From Lachnospiraceae bacterium (GTDB lineage: Bacteria; Bacillota; Clostridia; Lachnospirales; Lachnospiraceae): a stretch of DNA of 64,000 bases. This document shows, in pieces, positions 49,297 through 57,721 of this stretch. The stretch is taken from contig JAAVZR010000031.1 in the NCBI GenBank assembly GCA_022791755.1, forward strand, positions 7,830 to 71,829, read 5' to 3'. Within the stretch, counting starts at the first letter, position 1. Every line of letters begins with the position of its first letter. A model generated the notes under the pieces. That model saw only the letters and a program-made list of their open reading frames with translations, did no database searches and was not told where the DNA came from. A program made the translations under genes and the position numbers.

Positions 49297-51378
49297 ATGA
49301 GGAAAGAAAACAACACCGGGAAAAAAGGCATTTCCCGCCGCGACTTTCTGCGGGGGACGGCAGCCGGGGCAGCCAGCCTGGCAGCCATGGGAATTTTAGG
49401 GGCGTGCAGCGACAGCAGCGCGACCACGGCGGCCGGGGACGGCGCAGTCACGACGGAAGCCGGGACCACGGCCTTAGACGCTGCGGAAGCGGCGACTACG
49501 GTAGCAGAAGCAGGAACTACGGCGGCAGAAGCGGCGACCACGGCGGCACAGGCGACAGCGCATTATACGCCGGGCACCTATACTGCCAAGGCATACGGCA
49601 ATATTTCTTACATAACGGTGGAGACGACGTTTTCCGAGACGGCGATCACCGATATCAAGGTAATCGAGCATAATGAGACCCCTGTGTTATTCAGCCAGGT
49701 AGAAGAGCAGTTCATCCCTGCCCTGGTGGAAAATCAGGCCGGCGGTGTGGACGTGGTGGCCGGAGCCTCCAACTCCAGCCGTGCCATCCGCGAGGCGGTG
49801 GCGGACTGTATCACCCAGGCCGGCGGCGACGCAGAGAGCTGGCTGGCAAAGACTGTGGAGAAGAAGGCTTCCGCTGATGAGACCTACGAGGCAGATATCG
49901 TGATCGTGGGCATGGGCGCTGCCGGTTTTATGGCGGCCAACGTGGCGGCCAAGAAGGGCGCGAAGGTCATCGCCGTGGAAAAGGGCGGCAGTGTGGCCGC
50001 AGTAAACGGAATCAAGGTATCCGGTCCCTTCGCCGTGGAGACAGAGGTGCTTAAAAATAAGGAAGGCGGTTCCACTTTGGTGGTGGATGACGCGTTCTAT
50101 CATGTGATGGAGTACACTCACTGGACTCCCAATCCGCTTCTGATGCGCCGCTGTCTGGAGGAGTCCAAGAATGCGGTGGCTGAATTGCAGGAGGTGGGCT
50201 ATGAGTTCCAGGAGGTAAACTTCCGCTTCGAGACGCCGTTCATCGGAGAGAAGGGCGGCTTCCATCTGATCCTGAATCCGGTGGAGGACAGGGTAAAGCT
50301 GTGGGAGCAGGCGCTTCAGAAAAACGGTGTGGAGGTAATGTATAATACTTCGGCCACATCCTTATTGCAGGAGGGCGGCGTGGTAAACGGGATCACGGCG
50401 GAAAAGGCCGATGGCACGAAGGTGACAATCAAGGCAGGCGCGGTCATCCTCTCCAGCGGCGGTTATCTGGGCAACCGGGACATGCAGGAGCGTTTCCTGG
50501 GCACCCGTCATCTGAACGCGGCCAGCGGCGGAGATTCGCTGTGCACCGGTGATGCCATCAATATGGCCACTGCCATCGGGGCCGGCCTGGATAAGACCTT
50601 TGGTTACTGCCCCTGCGAGTATGGCGGAACGAACCAGAAGGCTTCCCGTCCGGCCAAGCAGGATAAGTATGATCAGAACACCGCCTTTAAGTTCGGCCTC
50701 TATGGCTGCCTGCTGGTAGATGCGGCGGGCAACCGCTTTATCAATGAAGGTCTGCTGTGCGATTACCCCATGTCCTACGGCAGCGAGCAGATTTTGCGCA
50801 ATGCTCCCTGGTATGCGGTGGTCGATCAGGCCTATGTGGACGCCATGGCGACGCAGGGACTCTACGAGTACACGACGGCCAAGGGTGCTACGGCGGAGAA
50901 CTGGTTCATCGGCAATTACTTCAAGGATAGAATCCTGACGAATATCTATGACGATATCGAGGAAGGCCTGAAGGAGGGGTGGCTCTATAAGGCTGACACC
51001 ATCGAGGAGCTGGGCAAGTTCTTTGGCCTGACCAATCTGGCGGCTACGGTGGAGCAGTACAACGGCTACTGCCAGAAGGGCGTGGATGAACAGTACGGCG
51101 CCAATCCCTGGTATCTGTCGCCGGTGGCACAGGGACCCTTCTATGTGGTACAGAATGAGCCCAGTGCCTGGAGTACCTTCGGCGGTGTGCGCATCGACGA
51201 GAACTGCCGCGCGATGAACTGTGAGAATCAGGCGATCCCCGGACTCTATGTCTGCGGAACCGACGCGGGCAGCCTGTACTATTCTCCTTACTATGATATC
51301 CCCGGCTACTGCTATGGCCTGTGTATCGACTCCGGCCTGATTGCGGCGACAGAAGCTGCGGCATATGTGAAGGGCTGA
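49297..51378 (+). CDS. Tat-exported lipoprotein flavoenzyme: one FMN_bind domain plus a FAD-dependent reductase domain
   Basis: SRRDFLRG twin-arginine motif with lipobox ILGAC and an Ala/Thr-rich linker. FMN_bind ends in VDVVAGASNSS. FAD fold DIVIVGMGAAGFMAANVAAKKGAKVIAVEK. Confidence 0.85.
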   Translation: MRKENNTGKKGISRRDFLRGTAAGAASLAAMGILGACSDSSATTAAGDGAVTTEAGTTALDAAEAATTVAEAGTTAAEAATTAAQATAHYTPGTYTAKAYGNISYITVETTFSETAITDIKVIEHNETPVLFSQVEEQFIPALVENQAGGVDVVAGASNSSRAIREAVADCITQAGGDAESWLAKTVEKKASADETYEADIVIVGMGAAGFMAANVAAKKGAKVIAVEKGGSVAAVNGIKVSGPFAVETEVLKNKEGGSTLVVDDAFYHVMEYTHWTPNPLLMRRCLEESKNAVAELQEVGYEFQEVNFRFETPFIGEKGGFHLILNPVEDRVKLWEQALQKNGVEVMYNTSATSLLQEGGVVNGITAEKADGTKVTIKAGAVILSSGGYLGNRDMQERFLGTRHLNAASGGDSLCTGDAINMATAIGAGLDKTFGYCPCEYGGTNQKASRPAKQDKYDQNTAFKFGLYGCLLVDAAGNRFINEGLLCDYPMSYGSEQILRNAPWYAVVDQAYVDAMATQGLYEYTTAKGATAENWFIGNYFKDRILTNIYDDIEEGLKEGWLYKADTIEELGKFFGLTNLAATVEQYNGYCQKGVDEQYGANPWYLSPVAQGPFYVVQNEPSAWSTFGGVRIDENCRAMNCENQAIPGLYVCGTDAGSLYYSPYYDIPGYCYGLCIDSGLIAATEAAAYVKG

Positions 51379-51450
51379 AAAGAGGGACCGTCTTTAGCGG
51401 GAGGCGGGTGGTCCTCATCCGGCCAAACGTAACAGAATAAGAGAAAAGAG

Positions 51451-51500
51451 AGCCTGCCGTGCAAGACGGGAATTTGTTTTTTGCACGACAGGCTTTTTAT
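51451..51500 (+). terminator. Intrinsic terminator after the reductase
   Basis: AGCCTGCCGTGCAA ... TTGCACGACAGGCT (one mismatch), followed by TTTTTATT. Confidence 0.7.
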
Positions 51501-51603
51501 TGTATTGACAGTGCAAACGAAGAGAAAAAGGCGCCGGAAGAGAAGGTTTTTGTGCTTTTGAAGAATCGTCACATTTTTGAAACAAAAAAATAATATAATT
51601 TTC

Positions 51604-51632
51604 TCGAAATTTTCCAGCGGCTATGGTATAAT
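51604..51632 (+). promoter_or_regulatory. Candidate promoter of the membrane-protein/cdaA operon
   Basis: TCGAAA - 17 bp - TATAAT, with a TG extension (TGGTATAAT). Confidence 0.4.
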
Positions 51633-51660
51633 AAAGACTAACTATGTGAGGAGATTCGGT

Positions 51661-52074
51661 ATGATTCAGGCAAATCGAGTAAAAATAATGACCAGAGCCG
51701 CCGCTTTCGAGAAGAAGGAAGAGCGCAGGGCCCTGTATATCAGCCGCTTTTTCAGAGGCGATTATATTTTGTACGGCGTAATCAAGTCGGCGGTGTCTTT
51801 GACATTCGCCTTTCTCCTGGGGACCTGTATGTGGGTGATTTACCATTCCGAGTCCCTGATGACGGAGAAAACCATAGAGGACCTGTTTGAGCTGGCCATG
51901 CAGGCGCTTGGCTGGTATGGGCTGTCGCTGACAGTCTTTGTGCTCATCTCCGTGGCGGTGTATGCCGTCAAATATCACAATGCGCAGAAACGGCTCAGAG
52001 TCTACCGGAGCAGTCTGCGGAAGCTTTTAAAGATTTATCAGGAGGACGGGGCAGCAAAGGAGCGGACCATATGA
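51661..52074 (+). CDS. Hypothetical small membrane protein (2 TM)
   Basis: ATG preceded by GAGGAG. Two hydrophobic helices. I recognised no family. The upstream extension to 51577 overlaps the promoter. Confidence 0.5.
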   Translation: MIQANRVKIMTRAAAFEKKEERRALYISRFFRGDYILYGVIKSAVSLTFAFLLGTCMWVIYHSESLMTEKTIEDLFELAMQALGWYGLSLTVFVLISVAVYAVKYHNAQKRLRVYRSSLRKLLKIYQEDGAAKERTI

Positions 52075-53093
52075 TGATGAAATTACTGCTGGTAAAGGAA
52101 AAATGTAAGGAATTTTATACGAAGTACGACATATATATAAATCCGGTGCTGAAATTTGCCCTGGCTCTGACGGCGCTCTGGATGTTAAACGATATGTTGG
52201 GGTATATGCCCCGCCTGGGCAGCCTGCCGGTGATGCTGGTGGTGGCGCTTTTGTGTTCTTTATTGCCGGCTGGCGCCGTGGTGCTGTTTAGCGCGATATT
52301 CATGCTGGGACATATATACGGCCTGTCGCTGGAGGCCTTTGTGGTATGTTTTGCCCTCTTCGGTATTATGTTGTTTACCTATTATATATTTAAGCCCGGA
52401 GACGGTCTGGTGCTGGTACTGGTGCCGCTTTTGTTCTGGCTGAAGCTGCCCTATCTGGCTCCTTTGGTGGTGGGACTGTGCGGCACGGCGCTTTCAGCGG
52501 CGCCCGCCGGCTTTGGGGTGCTGATTTATTATATGATCCTGGCCGTGAAGCAGAATGCCACGGTGCTGACAGAGTCGGAGACCGGCAGTATGCTGACCAG
52601 ATTTCAGATGATGGTGGATCAGATCATTACCAACCGTGCCATGATGGTGATGATCCTGGCCTTTGCTGTCACGGTGGTATTAGTCTATGTGATCCGGCGT
52701 CTGTCGGTGCCCTATTGCTTTAAAATCGCCATCGGAGTGGGCGCCGTGGCAGAGCTGGCCGTGATTCTGGCCGGGCGGACCATGCTGGAGGTCAGCCGGA
52801 CCAATTTTACGATTCCGGAGATTGTCATCGGAGTCGCGGTCTCGGCGCTTTTGTCGCTGGTTCTGGAATTTTTCCTCTTTTCGGTGGATTACAGCCGGAC
52901 AGAGTATGTTCAGTTTGAGGATGAGGATTACTATTATTACGTCAAGGCGGTGCCTAAGCTGACGGTGACGCCGCCGCAGAGAGAGGTAAAGCGCTTTGCC
53001 GTGAATCAGAAAGGCAGGGAGCGCGGATTGTCGGAGACAGTGGATCTGGCCGGCGATGTGAAGGATTTGATGGAGAAAGACAGAATTTATTAA
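52071..53093 (+). CDS. Hypothetical polytopic membrane protein (about 8 TM) with a Tyr/acidic C-terminal tail
   Basis: The ATGA overlaps the preceding stop. Strongly hydrophobic. I recognised no family. Confidence 0.6.
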   Translation: MMMKLLLVKEKCKEFYTKYDIYINPVLKFALALTALWMLNDMLGYMPRLGSLPVMLVVALLCSLLPAGAVVLFSAIFMLGHIYGLSLEAFVVCFALFGIMLFTYYIFKPGDGLVLVLVPLLFWLKLPYLAPLVVGLCGTALSAAPAGFGVLIYYMILAVKQNATVLTESETGSMLTRFQMMVDQIITNRAMMVMILAFAVTVVLVYVIRRLSVPYCFKIAIGVGAVAELAVILAGRTMLEVSRTNFTIPEIVIGVAVSALLSLVLEFFLFSVDYSRTEYVQFEDEDYYYYVKAVPKLTVTPPQREVKRFAVNQKGRERGLSETVDLAGDVKDLMEKDRIY

Positions 53094-53109
53094 CTCCGGA
53101 GGCAGTACA

Positions 53110-53997
53110 ATGGACATATTAAGAAATTTTTTCAGTAAATATCTGCAGATGTCGAGCCTGCCGGATATCCGGGCCGTCGATGTGCTGGAGGTCTTTATCC
53201 TGTCATGTCTGCTCTACCAGATTCTGCGCTGGATCAAGGAGACCAGGGCCTGGGTGCCGGTAAAGGGGATCGTGGTGCTGGCGCTGTTTATCATGGTGGC
53301 GTATTTTATGCAGATGCATACGATCATCTGGCTGGTGGAACAGCTGACACAGGTGGGACTCATCGGTGTGGTGATCCTGTTTCAGCCGGAACTGCGGCGT
53401 TCGCTGGAGGAGCTGGGGCGACGGCGGATGATCCCGCTTTTTAGCTCGGATAACCGCAATAAGCGCAGCGACGACCGTTTCACGGAGAAGACGGTGGGAG
53501 AGCTGGTAAAGGCCTGCTTCGAGATGGGTAAGATGAAGACGGGCGCTCTCTTAGTCATCGAGCAGGATACGCCGCTCAATGAGTATGAGCGCACGGGCAT
53601 CCGGGTGGACGGTATCATCACCAGCCAGCTGCTTCTGAACATATTTGAGAAGAATACTCCTCTCCATGATGGGGCAGTGATTATCCGGGGCAATCGGGTG
53701 ACGGCTGCCACCTGTTATCTGCCTTTGTCGGATAACATGGGGATCAGCAAGGATCTGGGCACGAGGCACAGGGCCGGACTGGGCATCAGCGAGGTGACGG
53801 ACAGCGTGACGATCATCGTATCGGAGGAGACCGGCGCCGTATCGCTGGCTCACAAGGGGCATCTGATGCGGAATGTGAGCAGCGAGGACCTGAAGGCAGA
53901 GCTTCAGAAACTGAAGGAGGATGTGGAAGTAAACCGCGGCCTGGGTTATAAACTGTGGAAAGGACTGCAGAGAAATGAAGGAAAAGCTGACAAATAA
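53110..53997 (+). CDS. cdaA: Diadenylate cyclase CdaA
   Basis: Three N-terminal TM helices, and a DAC domain with HDGAVII and GTRHRAG motifs. Confidence 0.9.
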   Translation: MDILRNFFSKYLQMSSLPDIRAVDVLEVFILSCLLYQILRWIKETRAWVPVKGIVVLALFIMVAYFMQMHTIIWLVEQLTQVGLIGVVILFQPELRRSLEELGRRRMIPLFSSDNRNKRSDDRFTEKTVGELVKACFEMGKMKTGALLVIEQDTPLNEYERTGIRVDGIITSQLLLNIFEKNTPLHDGAVIIRGNRVTAATCYLPLSDNMGISKDLGTRHRAGLGISEVTDSVTIIVSEETGAVSLAHKGHLMRNVSSEDLKAELQKLKEDVEVNRGLGYKLWKGLQRNEGKADK

Positions 53998-55429
53998 CTG
54001 GGCGCTGAAGCTGATCTCTGTCTGCCTGGCGGTGTTTTTGTGGCTGATCGTCATCAATGGGACGAATCCGATGGAGTATAAGACGGTTACCGTCTATAAT
54101 ATAGAGTATCGCAACGAAAACGTGGTGGTGGACAGCAATAAGACCTATACCCTGGAGAAAAACCTGGAGAGCAGCGGCGTGGCGGTCACCGTACCGGTGC
54201 GGCGCCAGGATTATAATAAGGTCCGGGGGAGCGATTTCAAGGTCATCGTGGACCTGGCCAAGATGGGTCCCTTTGGATCGGTGGATATCGTCGTGGAGTG
54301 GCTGGGTTCTGATGAATATGAGATCCGGGAGTCGGACATTACCTGGAAGACGCCCAATGTGACGGTGATTCTGGAGGATGTGATGAAGGCTGCCCACCGG
54401 ATCGGTATTCAGACAGTGGGTACGCCGGCAGATGAGTATATCGTCGGGGATGACATACAGGTGACCCCCCGGATTGTGGAGATTATGGCTCCCCAGTCGG
54501 TCATGGAGCAGATTCATTCCGTGGGGATTGAAGTGAATGTGGACGGGATGAACAGTGAGGTGTCCGGCACGGCGCAGCTGAAGCTGTATGATGTGGCGGG
54601 TAAGGAACTGAATCTGGATCCGGCCAGCTATGAGGATTACGCTTTTTCGATCAGTCAGAGCGAGATCAGCTATACCGTGCCGCTGTTAAAGACCAAGGAG
54701 GTGGGGCTGCGTTTTGACACGCCCCAGGGTACGGTGGCAGAGGGATACCGCTATACCGGGATCCAGGGAGCCAATCAGACCGTGCATATCGCCGGTCTTC
54801 GCGGGGCGCTGGCGGATGTGGAATTTATTCAGATTCCTTCCGAAGTGCTGAATCTGGATGGGGCGACGCAGAATGTGGAAGTGCAGATCGACACTTCACG
54901 ATATGTGCCGGAGGGAATCACCGTGGAGAGCGAGAACGTCGTGACGGTCACGCTGGTGGTGGAGCCTCTGATCCGTCAGAGCCGGCAGCTGTTGCCGGAG
55001 GATATCCGTATGGAGAGCGGGCAGGAAGGATGGAATTATACGATTCGCGGCAGCGCCGAGATCGTCATCGAGGGCCTGGAGGAAGACTTGAACGCTCTGA
55101 CAGACGAGATGCTGGATGCGTGGATCTCTCTGGCAGATATGCAGGAGGGTGTGAATACGGCAGAGCTCCATGTGACGCTGGACAATGCCTTCAAGTTGAT
55201 TAGCGCCGGGAATGTCACGGTGACGATGGAACCGGTTCCTGTGCCTGAGACGACGCAGGATATCACAGGCGGGAGCCAGGGCGGCGGGGCGGGAACCGGC
55301 AGCGCAGGCAGTGCGGAGACATCCTCCGGCAGTGCCGCCTCAGGGGCACATGGAACGACAGGCGTCTCCCAGACGTCGAAGCCGGAGGAGCAATCCGGAG
55401 GCCGGGCAGGCGGAACAGACGCTTCTTAG
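53975..55429 (+). CDS. cdaR: CdaA regulator CdaR (YbbR-repeat protein)
   Basis: N-terminal TM helix, repeated YbbR-like beta domains, and a start that overlaps the cdaA 3' end. Gly/Ser/Thr-rich tail. Confidence 0.8.
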   Translation: MKEKLTNNWALKLISVCLAVFLWLIVINGTNPMEYKTVTVYNIEYRNENVVVDSNKTYTLEKNLESSGVAVTVPVRRQDYNKVRGSDFKVIVDLAKMGPFGSVDIVVEWLGSDEYEIRESDITWKTPNVTVILEDVMKAAHRIGIQTVGTPADEYIVGDDIQVTPRIVEIMAPQSVMEQIHSVGIEVNVDGMNSEVSGTAQLKLYDVAGKELNLDPASYEDYAFSISQSEISYTVPLLKTKEVGLRFDTPQGTVAEGYRYTGIQGANQTVHIAGLRGALADVEFIQIPSEVLNLDGATQNVEVQIDTSRYVPEGITVESENVVTVTLVVEPLIRQSRQLLPEDIRMESGQEGWNYTIRGSAEIVIEGLEEDLNALTDEMLDAWISLADMQEGVNTAELHVTLDNAFKLISAGNVTVTMEPVPVPETTQDITGGSQGGGAGTGSAGSAETSSGSAASGAHGTTGVSQTSKPEEQSGGRAGGTDAS

Positions 55430-55487
55430 AAGACGGATTGATAAAGAAGTATCAGAATATCTACAGGGGGAAAGGAAGGATTTCAGT

Positions 55488-55760
55488 ATGGTAAGAGAAA
55501 AAGTAAAGGTGACAAATCGGACCGGTCTGCACTTAAAACCGGCGGGGACTCTGTGTAACGAGGCGATCAAGTACAAATCCTCGGTGACGTTTCAGTTTGG
55601 CATGACCAATGTGAATGCCAAAAGCGTATTGAGCGTTCTGGCAGCCTGCGTAAAGTCCGGCGATGAGATTGAGTTCATCTGCGACGGGCCCGATGAAGAG
55701 GAAGCGCTGGCGGCTATGATCCGGGTGATCAAGAGTAATTTCGGAGAGAAGGAAGAATAG
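55488..55760 (+). CDS. ptsH: Phosphocarrier protein HPr (His15 and Ser46 motifs both present)
   Basis: TGLHLKPAG (His15) and NAKSVLSVL (Ser46). ATG at 55488. The longer ORF from 55311 overlaps cdaR and is Arg-rich. Confidence 0.85.
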   Translation: MVREKVKVTNRTGLHLKPAGTLCNEAIKYKSSVTFQFGMTNVNAKSVLSVLAACVKSGDEIEFICDGPDEEEALAAMIRVIKSNFGEKEE

Positions 55761-55762
55761 CC

Positions 55763-57667
55763 ATGCAGGCAGTGATATTAGCAGCGGGAATGGGAAAGCG
55801 CTTAAAGGAGCTGACCCGCAATGCCACCAAATGTATGGTGGAGGTAAATGGAGTTACGCTGATCGAGAGAGCACTGTCAGCGCTGGACCATTTACAGCTG
55901 CGGCGGGTGGTGATCGTCGCCGGATATGAAGGAGAGAGGCTGAAACGATATGTGGACAGTCTCCGGATTCACACGCCCATCGTGTATGTGGATAATCCGA
56001 TCTACGATAAGACGAATAATATCTATTCGCTGTATCTGGCCAGAGAATATCTGCTGCGGGATGATACGCTTCTGCTGGAATCGGATCTGATTTTTGAGGA
56101 GGCGGTGTTAAAGAGGCTGGTAAATGACCCTTATCCCAGCCTTGCGCTGGTGGCCCGGTATGAGAGCTGGATGGACGGCACGGTGGTGACGCTGGGCGAG
56201 GAGGACGTGATCACCGGTTTTATCGGAAAGAAGGATTTTGACTATACTAAGACTTCTTCTTATTATAAAACGGTCAATATATACAAATTCGGCCAGGAGT
56301 TTTCCAGGAGTCACTATGTGCCGTTTCTGGAGGCATACTGCCGGGCTCTGGGGCATAATGAATACTATGAGCAGGTTCTGAAGGTGATCGCCTATCTGGA
56401 TAAGCCGGTGATGAAGGCGGCCCGTCTGGACGGCGAACTCTGGTACGAGATCGACGACGAGCAGGATCTGGATATCGCCGAGTCGCTTTTTGCACAGGGT
56501 GCGGGGCGGATCCGGCGGATGCAGAAGCGCTATGGCGGTTACTGGAGATATCCGGGGCTGCTGGACTTCTGTTATCTGGTGAATCCCTTCTATCCGGGGC
56601 CCAGACTCATAGCGGAGATGCAGCACAGCTTTACGGAGCTTCTGACCGCTTACCCCTCCGGTATGGATGTGAACAGCCTGCTGGCCGCCAAGTATTTCGG
56701 TCTTCGAAGAGAGGAGGTCGTGGTGGGAAACGGCGCCGCAGAGCTGATTAAGGCCCTGATGGAGCGTCTTCCCGGAAAGCTGGGCGTGATCTGCCCCACC
56801 TTTGAGGAATACCCGAACCGGAAGGCGGAGGAGACCGTGGTCTTTGTGCCCCCGTTTTTTACCGGGGAGGACGGGCCCGTGGCAAAGGGCCTCACGAAGA
56901 GCGATTATGCCTATACTGCCCGGGAGATTATGGATTATTTTGAGGATAAGGAGATCGGTATCCTGGCGCTGATCAATCCGGACAACCCCTCCGCCAATTA
57001 TATCCCCAGGGAGGATGTTCTGAAGCTGGCGGCCTGGGCCGAAGAGCGGAAGATCCGCCTGATCGTGGACGAATCCTTTGCGGATTTTGCCGGCGACCGC
57101 GACGGCAGCTTTCTGTGCCGGGAGGCGTTGGATGGCTATCCGCAGCTTCTGGTGGTAAAAAGTATCTCCAAATCTTTCGGGGTGCCGGGGCTTCGTCTGG
57201 GAGTGGCGGCCTGCGCGGACACAGAGCTGATCGCATCTCTCAAAAAAGACGTGGCAATCTGGAATATCAATTCCTTTGGAGAATTTTACATGCAGATCTG
57301 TGAGAAGTACCGCGGCGACTATGAGGATGCTCTGAGGCGGATCTGTCAGGCGCGTTCCGATATGGCAGCAGGGCTTTCTGAGATTCCGGGAGTGGAGTGC
57401 TTCCCCAGTGAAGCCAACTATCTCATGTGCCGCCTGACAGGAAGCCGGAGAGGCCAGGAGGAGACCGGAGAGACGAGGCAGGCGACGGCTGCATGGCTGA
57501 CGGAAAAGCTGCTTACGGAATACAATATTTTGATTAAGGATCTGTCCGGTAAGAGAGGGCTTGATAAGGAGTATATCCGCTTGGCAGTGCGCCATCCAAA
57601 GGAGAATGAGAGACTTCTGAAGGCCATGAGAGAGCTCCTCATGGAAAAGGGAAACAGAGAGAAATAG
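55763..57667 (+). CDS. Fusion protein: LicC-like cytidylyl/nucleotidyltransferase (N) plus class I/II PLP aminotransferase/decarboxylase, HisC/CobD-like (C)
   Basis: N-terminus: ILAAGMGKRL, NNIYSLYLA and WYEIDDEQDL, closely resembling pneumococcal LicC from memory. C-terminus: NPDNPS and the PLP-lysine motif SISKSFGVPGLRLG. Confidence 0.8.
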   Translation: MQAVILAAGMGKRLKELTRNATKCMVEVNGVTLIERALSALDHLQLRRVVIVAGYEGERLKRYVDSLRIHTPIVYVDNPIYDKTNNIYSLYLAREYLLRDDTLLLESDLIFEEAVLKRLVNDPYPSLALVARYESWMDGTVVTLGEEDVITGFIGKKDFDYTKTSSYYKTVNIYKFGQEFSRSHYVPFLEAYCRALGHNEYYEQVLKVIAYLDKPVMKAARLDGELWYEIDDEQDLDIAESLFAQGAGRIRRMQKRYGGYWRYPGLLDFCYLVNPFYPGPRLIAEMQHSFTELLTAYPSGMDVNSLLAAKYFGLRREEVVVGNGAAELIKALMERLPGKLGVICPTFEEYPNRKAEETVVFVPPFFTGEDGPVAKGLTKSDYAYTAREIMDYFEDKEIGILALINPDNPSANYIPREDVLKLAAWAEERKIRLIVDESFADFAGDRDGSFLCREALDGYPQLLVVKSISKSFGVPGLRLGVAACADTELIASLKKDVAIWNINSFGEFYMQICEKYRGDYEDALRRICQARSDMAAGLSEIPGVECFPSEANYLMCRLTGSRRGQEETGETRQATAAWLTEKLLTEYNILIKDLSGKRGLDKEYIRLAVRHPKENERLLKAMRELLMEKGNREK

Positions 57668-57721
57668 AAGGAAACAGAAAGAAGTAAAAGGAAACAAAGA
57701 GAAGCAAGGAGAAACGGGAAG
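57651..57721 (+). repeat. 3.5 tandem copies of a 20-nt purine-rich unit (GAAACAGARAGAAGTAAAAG-like)
   Basis: GAAAC recurs at 57651, 57671, 57691 and 57711, an exact 20-nt period. The array spans the stop codon of the fusion gene and ends at the ATG at 57722. Confidence 0.85.

Noticed and set aside
49420-49560. Repetitive GCx/ACx DNA encoding an Ala/Thr-rich stretch (EAATTVAEAGTTAAEAATTAAQ).
   Set aside because: It lies inside the reductase CDS, between the lipobox and the FMN_bind domain. It is best explained as a flexible lipoprotein tether, not an independent repeat element.
57651-57721. Whether the 20-nt tandem repeat could be a miniature CRISPR array.
   Set aside because: The units are directly adjacent with no spacers, are too short, are purine-only rather than palindromic, and no cas genes are present. 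I report it as a tandem repeat instead.
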